Source of the DNA: Pyrinomonadaceae bacterium
GTDB lineage: Bacteria; Acidobacteriota; Blastocatellia; Pyrinomonadales; Pyrinomonadaceae
Direction: 5' to 3'
Assembly: GCA_046313635.1 (NCBI GenBank)
Contig: JBKBYA010000002.1
Span: 416,001-480,000, forward strand
DNA: 64,000 nt
The notes beneath the pieces are model-generated. The model was not told the DNA's origin and ran no database searches. It worked only from the letters and a program-made list of their open reading frames with translations. The stretch's first letter is position 1; each line of letters starts with the position of its first letter. Below are positions 9,325 to 17,017 of the stretch, in pieces. The translations under genes were made by a program, and so were the position numbers.

Positions 9325-10944
9325 ATGAGGCTCCGGCTCACCCTCGGTAACGATGCGAAAGGCACGAGGACGTTCGATCTCGAGACCGGTTTTCTAACGA
9401 TCGGCCGAGGAGACAACTGCATCGTTCGATTCGATCCGGCTCGTGACCGCGTCGTTTCAAAGCAGCATGCATTTATCGAGGCCCGTCAAGACGGCTTTTA
9501 CCTCACGGACAATCGGAGCACCAACGGTACTTTCGTCAACGGCCGGCGCGTTCAAACGATCAAGCTGAATGACGGCGACCGTCTCCAGTTCGGACGAGGC
9601 GGGCCTCTCGCGATCGTGTCGATCGACGGCGGTGGACCGCGCGCCGACATTCGGCAGGCCGAGATCGCGGCATTCCGAGAGGCTCTCGGCGATAGGCCGG
9701 TCACCGTACAGGCTTCGCTGGCGCAGATCGGGGTCGGCGGCGGTGCCGTCGCAAAGGAGTCGAATACCGGACGATATGTCGGGATCGGGGCGGCGGTCTT
9801 ACTGGCGATCCCGATGCTGCTCATCGTCGTCGCAATAATGTTCCTCAGTCTAGGCGTCGTGCCCGCGGTGGTCGCGACGGCGATCGCATTCACGCCGGCG
9901 GCGCTCTACATCCTGCCGCTTATGGCGATCGATCGCTACGATCCCGAGCCGTTTTGGCTGCTCGCGGCGGCATTCGCGTGGGGAGCGCTCGTCGCGGTGA
10001 TCGTCTCGCTTGTCGTCAACACGCTCTTCGGCGCGGTCGTCTACGGCGGAACGGGAAGCGCCGGCCTCGCGTCGGTCGCGAGCGCGGTCGTCTCGGCCCC
10101 GATCATCGAAGAGGCGTCAAAGGGGCTCGGCGTCGTGATCTTGCTGGTGTTTTTTCGCCGATACTTTGACGACATTCTCGACGGCATCGTATTTGGCGGC
10201 GTGATCGCTCTCGGCTTCGCAACGGTCGAGAACGTGATGTACTACGGCGAGGGGCTGAACCGAGCGATCGCCGAGTTCGGCTGGACGTCGTCGGCCCTTT
10301 GGAGTTTTCTCTTCCTTTTCACGCTGCGCGGGATCTTATCGCCATTCGCGCATGTTACGTTCACGTCGATGACCGGCATCGGCTGCGGCATCTCGCGCGA
10401 ATCGCACAACGGATTTGTACGGCTTTCGGCGCCGGTGGTCGGTTACGTGCTGGCCGTCGTGCTCCACGGGATCTGGAACGGGATGGGCATCGCGCTGACG
10501 ATACTGCTCGTCACGCTCGGCTTCGAACCGTCATGCGCGGCGATCGGCCTCGGCGGCGAAGACGTGTCGCTGTGCGGCTTCTTCACGGGTTACCTGCTGC
10601 TTGAGATCCCGCTGTTCCTCGCGTTCGTTGGTTTCGTTTTTTACGTGACGAGGCGGCAGCGGCGAATCCTGAACGACATGCTCGCGATCGAGGTCGTCCG
10701 CGGGCTGATCCCTGAAGATCACATTCGGATCGCGACGTCAGCATCGCGGAGCTTGATCTGGCTCGTGAGCGGGCTCACGGCCGGGCGGTACCGCGCCCGC
10801 AGCCGGTACCTGCGAGCCATCGGCAAGCTGGGGCTCAGTTACTGGCATATCCAACGCGCGACCGCCGCACAGGGAAAGACAGGCAGCTTTCAGCAAAACC
10901 CGATACTGCGCGAAGAGGTGCTGCGGCTGCGCGAGCAGATCTGA
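9325..10944 (+). CDS. FHA domain-PrsW family intramembrane protease fusion
   Basis: FHA: IGR...VSKQHA...STNGTFVNG. PrsW: EEASK, FATVEN, HVTFT, HGIWN and many TM segments. Confidence 0.88.
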   Translation: MRLRLTLGNDAKGTRTFDLETGFLTIGRGDNCIVRFDPARDRVVSKQHAFIEARQDGFYLTDNRSTNGTFVNGRRVQTIKLNDGDRLQFGRGGPLAIVSIDGGGPRADIRQAEIAAFREALGDRPVTVQASLAQIGVGGGAVAKESNTGRYVGIGAAVLLAIPMLLIVVAIMFLSLGVVPAVVATAIAFTPAALYILPLMAIDRYDPEPFWLLAAAFAWGALVAVIVSLVVNTLFGAVVYGGTGSAGLASVASAVVSAPIIEEASKGLGVVILLVFFRRYFDDILDGIVFGGVIALGFATVENVMYYGEGLNRAIAEFGWTSSALWSFLFLFTLRGILSPFAHVTFTSMTGIGCGISRESHNGFVRLSAPVVGYVLAVVLHGIWNGMGIALTILLVTLGFEPSCAAIGLGGEDVSLCGFFTGYLLLEIPLFLAFVGFVFYVTRRQRRILNDMLAIEVVRGLIPEDHIRIATSASRSLIWLVSGLTAGRYRARSRYLRAIGKLGLSYWHIQRATAAQGKTGSFQQNPILREEVLRLREQI

Positions 10945-10962
10945 CGCAGGCCCGCGCTGACC

Positions 10963-10999
10963 AAAAAAAATAAACGCCGGCAGCGTGTGCCGGCGTTTT
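10963..10999. terminator. bidirectional intrinsic terminator between the PrsW gene and tRNA-Lys
   Basis: A8-T-AAACGCCGGCA-GCGTG-TGCCGGCGTTT-T. Confidence 0.75.
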
Positions 11000-11005
11000 C
11001 GATTC

Positions 11006-11081
11006 TGGTAGGCCGAGCAGGGCTCGAACCTGCGACCCGCGGATTAAGAGTCCGCTGCTCTACCAACTGAGCTATCGACCC
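11006..11081 (-). tRNA. tRNA-Lys (anticodon CTT)
   Basis: Reverse complement GGGTCGATAGCTCAGTTGGTAGAGCAGCGGACTCTTAATCCGCGGGTCGCAGGTTCGAGCCCTGCTCGGCCTACCA: 76-nt cloverleaf with encoded CCA. Confidence 0.97.
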
Positions 11082-11191
11082 AAAAGCGAAACGTGATTAT
11101 AACAACCGCGATTTGCCGGTGTAAAGCGGGGCCGCGTCCGGGCGAGCTGCGACGACATTCGCTGCTCAACTGGCTATAATTTCACCTGCCC

Positions 11192-12832
11192 ATGAAGGAA
11201 TGTCCCAAATGCGAGAGCTGCTTTTCTGATGATCTCGACGCCTGCCCCAATGACGCTTCGCAGCTAAAACTCGCTCTGCCGGGGCCGAGGCTGCTCGCCT
11301 CGCGCTACCTGCTTGAGCGCCGGCTCGGCCGCGGAGCGATGGGGCAGGTCTATCTCGCGATGGACAAAAAATTTGCCGCGCGCTGCGTCGCGGTAAAGAC
11401 GGTCCGGCAGGACATACTCTCGAGCGACGACCTGCAGGAGGGCGAAGCGATCGCCCGATTCGAACGCGAGGCACAGGCGGCGGCCACTATTCAGCATCCG
11501 AATACGGTCAGCGTGACGGACTTTGGCGAAACGCCGGAGGGCGTCTTTTTTCTGGTGATGGAGTATGTCGAGGGCGAGACGCTGCATCGCCTGCTGCGCC
11601 GCGAGGGCACGCTGCCGGTAAAACGGGCCGTACGATTGCTGCGGCAGATAGCCGACGGCGTCGAGGCGGCGCACGAGCTCGGCATCCTGCATCGCGATCT
11701 GAAGCCGGCGAACATCTTCATAATGCAGCGCGGCCGGGGAGACGGATTTATCAAGGTCGGCGATTTTGGTCTGGCCAAGATCGTCAACCGTGCGATGACC
11801 GATCTCAGCTCGGGTGCCGGACCCGCGTCTCGCGGCATTATCGGCACGCCGGAATTCATGTCGCCCGAGCAGATGCAGCCCGACGCGGGGGTTGACGCCC
11901 GCGCCGACCTCTACGCGCTCGGCACGATCGCCTACCTGATGCTTGCGGGCCGGACGCCCTTCACAGGCGACCTCATGCAGCTCGTTATGCAGAAGGTAAT
12001 GCAAAAACCCGCGCCGCTGTCGAACATCCGCACCGACGTCCCACGTGCGGTCGAACGCGTCATAATGCACGCTCTCGAGATCGACCCCGCCGATCGTCCG
12101 TCGACCGTAGGCGCTTGGATCGAGGAGCTCGAGTCGGCCGCCGAAGACATTGGCGAGAGCATTCATCGCGGCCGTTCGCGACTCGTCGTGCTCGCTCCTC
12201 TCGATGCAGAGGTCTATATCGACGACGAGCGAAAAGGAAGTATCGGCAATTCGGGACGCATCGTCTTGTCGGACGTGCCGGTCGGGCGTCACGTACTGCG
12301 CGTAAGCAAAGCCGGCGAACGCGACGACGAGCGCGTGATCGAGATACGCGAGGGATCGGATGAGCAGGTCATCCAGGCCCAGCTGCGGCCGCGGCACTCG
12401 ACGGGTTCGAGTCACCCGTCTCAGGGCGGCAGCGGCCAGCCGTCGAGCGTTGTACCGGGAATAGTAGCCTGCGCCAACTGCGGGGCGAGATTTGCCGAGG
12501 GGGTCAGATTCTGCGGGCGCTGCGGCGGCCGTGCTTTTACCATGGTCAGCCGCGGAGCGACCTCGGGCCCGTACGCCGGGGCGGTACAGAATGTGGGTTC
12601 GTTCCCGTGCCCGCGATGTGCGGCCGTACTGCCGGGAAGTTCGAAATTCTGCGGTCGATGCGGACTGAACATTACGGGTCCGCCGGACGCGCCGCGTTGG
12701 GCTGAAGCTCCGCTCCGGGCGGCCAGTTCGGGCGGTGACGTACCTCGGCAGGCCGAGCGGGTCTGCCAGCGATGCGGCGGAACGTACGCAGCCCACATCC
12801 GCTTTTGCGGCCGTTGCGGCGGAGCTTTATAA
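11192..12832 (+). CDS. Hanks-type Ser/Thr kinase with N-terminal CPxC module, PEGA-like domain and three C-terminal zinc ribbons
   Basis: GRGAMG, VAVK, HRDLKPAN, DFG, GTPEFMSPE; C-terminal CxxC...FCGRCG three times; no TM segment. Confidence 0.92.
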   Translation: MKECPKCESCFSDDLDACPNDASQLKLALPGPRLLASRYLLERRLGRGAMGQVYLAMDKKFAARCVAVKTVRQDILSSDDLQEGEAIARFEREAQAAATIQHPNTVSVTDFGETPEGVFFLVMEYVEGETLHRLLRREGTLPVKRAVRLLRQIADGVEAAHELGILHRDLKPANIFIMQRGRGDGFIKVGDFGLAKIVNRAMTDLSSGAGPASRGIIGTPEFMSPEQMQPDAGVDARADLYALGTIAYLMLAGRTPFTGDLMQLVMQKVMQKPAPLSNIRTDVPRAVERVIMHALEIDPADRPSTVGAWIEELESAAEDIGESIHRGRSRLVVLAPLDAEVYIDDERKGSIGNSGRIVLSDVPVGRHVLRVSKAGERDDERVIEIREGSDEQVIQAQLRPRHSTGSSHPSQGGSGQPSSVVPGIVACANCGARFAEGVRFCGRCGGRAFTMVSRGATSGPYAGAVQNVGSFPCPRCAAVLPGSSKFCGRCGLNITGPPDAPRWAEAPLRAASSGGDVPRQAERVCQRCGGTYAAHIRFCGRCGGAL

Positions 12833-12837
12833 GACGG

Positions 12838-13080
12838 TCAGAGAAGGGAGTCGGTGTCGGCGTCGATAAATTCGTCAAACGTATCCGGCGAGACAAAGCT
12901 GAGCAGCTGCTGGAGTCTCTCGGCGGTCACCTCGTCGAGGTCCAACTCGTCAAATTGGAGCTCGGCCGACACTCGCAGATCACAAAAGCAAGGGAATCCG
13001 TTCTCTTCCCATTCGAGCGTAACGATCTTATATAGTCCCTCTTCGCGGATCGTGGTCCGCAGTCGCTCGATCTCAGGCAT
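12838..13080 (-). CDS. small acidic hypothetical protein
   Basis: MPEIERLRTT...FDELDLDEV...FDEFIDADTDSLL; fills the gap and reads like a real protein. Confidence 0.55.
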   Translation of the reverse strand: MPEIERLRTTIREEGLYKIVTLEWEENGFPCFCDLRVSAELQFDELDLDEVTAERLQQLLSFVSPDTFDEFIDADTDSLL

Positions 13081-13196
13081 GACCACTCGTATCGGTTCGG
13101 AAATTTGGGAGCCCAGACAGCTTAGGTCAGCCGTGCCGGCCGTCGCTGTATTCGCTCATACACAGTCCGTTGACGAGCGCCCTCGGTACTCAGGTG

Positions 13197-13505
13197 TCAG
13201 CTCTTTGCACGCCAGCGATGCGAGCTCCGGGATGCGGGTCGCTGAGACCGCTTTTCCTCGTCGCGGGCCCGCCGGCAGGCGTAGCAGACGGTGATCAAAT
13301 TATCGGGTGAATGATCGCCGCCGTCGCGGATGGCGATCAGGTGATATACCTGGACGTATCCCTGTTTGCGCCCGGGCCTGCCGGCGACGCCGCAGTCGCG
13401 GCAAGTATAGCGATCGCGCTCGTAAACGGCCTTTCGGACCGCTTCGGGGATTCGCATCTCGATCAAACCATTCGGCTTCAAGACTTTTGGCGAGATGGGG
13501 CTCAT
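13197..13505 (-). CDS. small HNH-endonuclease-fold protein with degenerate active site
   Basis: RKAVYERDRYTCRDCG...VYHLI...GG...NLITVCYAC. Confidence 0.8.
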   Translation of the reverse strand: MSPISPKVLKPNGLIEMRIPEAVRKAVYERDRYTCRDCGVAGRPGRKQGYVQVYHLIAIRDGGDHSPDNLITVCYACRRARDEEKRSQRPASRSSHRWRAKS

Positions 13506-13611
13506 AGTTCGTCTTCTGCGCGGCTTTTCACTCGGCCGCGGATCAGGGTGAATTTTTCGATTTACCCTGCTAGAAGTCTTAATCGTCCGGCAGTTTCAAT
13601 TTTTTTGATAT

Positions 13612-13965
13612 CGGAGATCGGAAGGGAAGAGGTCGATGAGATGCTGAGAAACCAAGCATAAGTGGTACGCAAAGGCTCGACCCATTGGATGCCGTTGGCT
13701 GTCTCCGGTCAGGAGAGTATTCCGAAAGACGGACGCCATTATCACCGGATCGCAAACTAGGACTCGTCTCCGGGCGAGTGCCCGCATCGATTCGGGGAAC
13801 CGGGGCCGCAAGACCGCGGTCCCCATCCCGAGCTTGAGGCGACGGCGTCATACGGTCTCAAACGCGTAGCCGTCCGCCGATCTCAGACAAGGGAGAAAAC
13901 ACTGCATCGGGCCGGTCGGCGGGGAATTGGGGAGAGGTTCCTCTGTCGGGCCGGCCCTATCTTTT
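13612..13965 (+). ncRNA. candidate large structured ncRNA, unassigned family
   Basis: Nested long-range helices, a cUCCGg tetraloop and G-U pairs that favour the + strand, ending in a long GC hairpin plus U-tract; see findings. Confidence 0.55.
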
Positions 13966-14118
13966 ATCCTTGGTCCGCTCCGGGGCTGTGTTACGCGCCG
14001 GCTCAGCGGCCGCGCCCGTCGGCCGAGCGCATCCGACCCGCTTTTGCCGCCGCACCTTTGTGCGTATAATGCTCGCGACAATTCGAGTCGCGCTCAGTAT
14101 TCACCCGAGGAAATTACA

Positions 14119-15132
14119 ATGAAGATCTGTCCGAGATGTCAGCGAACCTATGCCGACGACAACCTTAGTTTCTGTATCGAGGACGGTACTGTCCTGCAGA
14201 TCGCCTCTGAAGCAGCGCCGACCGTGCAGATGAATACGGCGCCGACCGCGGTTATGCCGCCGCAGGCTCCCCCGCGGACGGCCGCCCCGGGAATTGCTCC
14301 GCAGCAGCAATGGGACCCGGGCGGTCCCGCCGCTGCAGGAGCGCCGGGCAAGAAAGGCTCCAAGACGTGGATCTGGGTACTCGCGATCCTAGCCGTCGTC
14401 TTGGTGCTGTGCGGCGGCGGAATTCTCGGTCTGATCTACTTCGTCGGGTCGCAGGCCAGCCGGACCATGGACGAGATCGCCGCGAACATCAACGCTCAGG
14501 CAAATCGCTCGACGACGCGGACGACCACCAACACTTCGACGACGGCTGCCGATCCGGCCGCAGCATCCGACGGCGACGGCGAGGTCCGCGACAACGTCCA
14601 ATCGGTAGACCTCTCCGACTGGGCCGAGAGCAACAGCAATCCTGACCAGGTCGCGACAGAGTATACGGGCGGCGAGTTTATGATGAACGTTCTCTCCAAC
14701 GATCATTACTACGTGCTCATCGCCAAGGAGGGCTATACGACGGCAGACTCCAATACTCGCGTGACGCTGAGAAACGTCGACGCCGGCAGTTCTCAGATGG
14801 GTTACGGGCTAGTATTTCACAGCCTTTCGTTCCCGCTTATACAGGACTATGCCTTCCTGATCGACACGATGAAGCAGCGCTACAGGGTCGTGCGTCATTA
14901 TCCCGGGATGGAAAAGGTCGTCGTGCCGTGGACGAACAGCACGGCGATCAAAAAGGGAAGCGAGCCAAACACCATCGAGGTCCGCGACCGGCCCGACGGC
15001 GCCGAGCTTTATATCAACAACGTCCTCGTCAAGAAATTTGACGACAGCGACGGCGCCGAGAATGGCGTGCCCGGCCTGTACTCGGGCGGCAACGTCAAGA
15101 TCGCATTCAAGGACCTCGAGATCAGCAGATAG
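14119..15132 (+). CDS. single-pass membrane protein with N-terminal CPxC module and extracytoplasmic beta-sandwich-like domain
   Basis: MKICPRCQRTYADDNLSFCIEDG, Pro-rich linker, TM WIWVLAILAVVLVLCGGG; TATAAT at 14065 and GAGG RBS upstream. Confidence 0.75.
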   Translation: MKICPRCQRTYADDNLSFCIEDGTVLQIASEAAPTVQMNTAPTAVMPPQAPPRTAAPGIAPQQQWDPGGPAAAGAPGKKGSKTWIWVLAILAVVLVLCGGGILGLIYFVGSQASRTMDEIAANINAQANRSTTRTTTNTSTTAADPAAASDGDGEVRDNVQSVDLSDWAESNSNPDQVATEYTGGEFMMNVLSNDHYYVLIAKEGYTTADSNTRVTLRNVDAGSSQMGYGLVFHSLSFPLIQDYAFLIDTMKQRYRVVRHYPGMEKVVVPWTNSTAIKKGSEPNTIEVRDRPDGAELYINNVLVKKFDDSDGAENGVPGLYSGGNVKIAFKDLEISR

Positions 15133-15153
15133 CTTTCGGGCCGGCCTTTGGGT

Positions 15154-15669
15154 ATGAAGCAATGTCCTCGCTGTCGGCAGGTATATGCCGACGACCAGCT
15201 CAATTTTTGTCTTAGCGACGGAGAGCTGCTTTCGTTTTATCTCGGCGGGCCGAACGCAGGCCAACAGCCGGGCGACGACTCGCCGCCGACGCTCGTGATC
15301 GACCCGCCCCGCCCCACCGACCCGATCGGCTGGTCGGCGGGGCCGCCGATCGCATCGTATTCGCCGCTTCAGTCCCAAATGCCGCAGTTCGGTTACGGCG
15401 CCGGCGGATTCCAATATCAGCAGCCGTCGCAGACCCTGCCGACTGTCGCGATGGTGCTCGGCATCGGATCTCTGCTCTTCTCCTGCTGTTATGGCGGCTT
15501 CTGGCTAGGACTGCCGGCGGCCGTTCTCGGCTTCATCGGAATGCGAAACGCCGACTCGCAGCCCGCGCTGTACGGCGGCCGGGGCATGGCGATCACGGGT
15601 CTTGTACTCGGCACCGTCTCGTTTCTCATCTCGCTGTTGATCGCATTCGGCGCCGCGATTGGGCGCTAG
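15154..15669 (+). CDS. membrane protein with N-terminal CPxC module and DUF4190-like domain
   Basis: MKQCPRCRQVYADDQLNFCLSDG; AMVLGI...LGFIG...GRGMAITGLVLG. Confidence 0.8.
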   Translation: MKQCPRCRQVYADDQLNFCLSDGELLSFYLGGPNAGQQPGDDSPPTLVIDPPRPTDPIGWSAGPPIASYSPLQSQMPQFGYGAGGFQYQQPSQTLPTVAMVLGIGSLLFSCCYGGFWLGLPAAVLGFIGMRNADSQPALYGGRGMAITGLVLGTVSFLISLLIAFGAAIGR

Positions 15670-15698
15670 AATTAGACTGCTCTATACTCTTCAGCAAA

Positions 15699-17012
15699 AT
15701 GCGCGTTACCTTGCACGTCGTCGCAGGCCCTCAGACCGGACGAGTCTTCACATTCGATCAGCACGAGACCTTTATGATCGGCAGGAGTGAGGACGCGCAC
15801 TTTTGTCTGCCTCACGACCGCTTCTTTTCGCGGCATCACTGCATTTTGGAGATCGCTCCGCCGCAGGCGTTCTTGCGCGATCTCGGCTCGACGAACGGCA
15901 CCTACGTCAACGGCGTCAAGGTCCAGACGGCTTTTCTTAAAGATGGTGATCGCATTCAGGGCGGTGAGACGGTCCTTCAGGTGGCCGTGGAGTCCGACTC
16001 GTCACGCCTGGACACCCGCGGCCGGCCGCTCTACCATTCCGAGCCTTCGCTGATCACCGTCGCCTGCCTCAACTGCGGTCTTCCGGCCGAAGCCTCCGCG
16101 TCATCGCCGGACGCCAAACTCTCCTATCTTTGTGACGCGTGCCGCGACAAGCTTAGGCAGAATCCTCAGCCCATTCCCGGATATCAAATGATCCGCGTCC
16201 TCGGCCAGGGCGGGATGGGCAGCGTTATGCTGGCTCATTCCGTAAAGGACGATCGGGCCGTCGCGATAAAGACCCTTTTGCCCGAGGTTGCGGTCAGCGA
16301 GCAGTCGCTCAAGCGCTTTCTGCGCGAGATCGAGGTGGCCGAGTCTCTGCGGCACCCCAACATCGTCACCTACATCGAGAACGGCACGCACAACGGCATC
16401 GTCTATCTCGTCACCGAATTTGTCGGCGGCATGGACGCGGCAAAGCTGGCCAAGACGCGTGGCGGACGACTCGACTTTCGCGAGGTCGTGGTCATCATGG
16501 AGCAGACGCTGGCGGCACTCCACTACGCGCACGGGCTGGGATTTGTCCATCGCGACATCAAGGAGCAGAACATCCTCGTCGATGGGACTTTTCCGAACTA
16601 TATCTCAAAGCTGACCGACTTTGGCCTCTCAAAGAGCTACAAGCAGACCGGAATGAGCGGCGTCACGATGGTCGGTGACGTCGCCGGCACGATCGCATAT
16701 ATGCCGCCCGAGCAGGTGCGCGACTTCAAGGACGTTCGCCCGCCATCGGATATCTACGCCGCAGGGATGACCGCCTACAGCCTCCTCACCGGAGCCCACG
16801 CGCTCGATATCGGACCGAGGGCCGGCATTTCAGAAACGGTCAAGGCGATCTTTGAAAAGCCGATCATTCCTCTGTCGGCGCGCGTGCCCGACGTGCCGCC
16901 CGCCATCGCCGCCGTCATCGAACGGGCGCTGGCCAAGCATGTCGAGATGCGTTGGCGTTCGGCCGGCGAGATGCGCGAGGAGCTCCTGCGGGCCGGTCGG
17001 GAATTTTTCTGA
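15699..17012 (+). CDS. FHA domain-containing Ser/Thr kinase
   Basis: FHA: IGR..FSRHH..STNGTYVNG; CLNC/CDAC linker; GQGGMG, VAIK, HRDIKEQN, DFG, YMPPEQ. Confidence 0.92.
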   Translation: MRVTLHVVAGPQTGRVFTFDQHETFMIGRSEDAHFCLPHDRFFSRHHCILEIAPPQAFLRDLGSTNGTYVNGVKVQTAFLKDGDRIQGGETVLQVAVESDSSRLDTRGRPLYHSEPSLITVACLNCGLPAEASASSPDAKLSYLCDACRDKLRQNPQPIPGYQMIRVLGQGGMGSVMLAHSVKDDRAVAIKTLLPEVAVSEQSLKRFLREIEVAESLRHPNIVTYIENGTHNGIVYLVTEFVGGMDAAKLAKTRGGRLDFREVVVIMEQTLAALHYAHGLGFVHRDIKEQNILVDGTFPNYISKLTDFGLSKSYKQTGMSGVTMVGDVAGTIAYMPPEQVRDFKDVRPPSDIYAAGMTAYSLLTGAHALDIGPRAGISETVKAIFEKPIIPLSARVPDVPPAIAAVIERALAKHVEMRWRSAGEMREELLRAGREFF

Positions 17013-17017
17013 GCGGA

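Noticed and set aside
10945..11191. Island or prophage integrated at tRNA-Lys
   Set aside because: No integrase, no duplicated tRNA 3' end seen, and flanking genes look native.
13646..13674. Resemblance to the c-di-GMP-I riboswitch P2 core (AAACC...GG-ACGCAAAG)
   Set aside because: No GNRA loop in that stem and no adjacent receptor-bearing P3; the segment sits within a much larger fold. Needs cmscan to exclude fully.
13197..13965. IscB/HEARO (omega-RNA) element
   Set aside because: The HNH ORF is only 102 aa, lacks PLMP and RuvC motifs, and is on the opposite strand to the predicted RNA.
13579..14081. Short ORFs across the candidate RNA region
   Set aside because: No motifs or RBS and atypical composition; the base-pairing pattern explains the region better.
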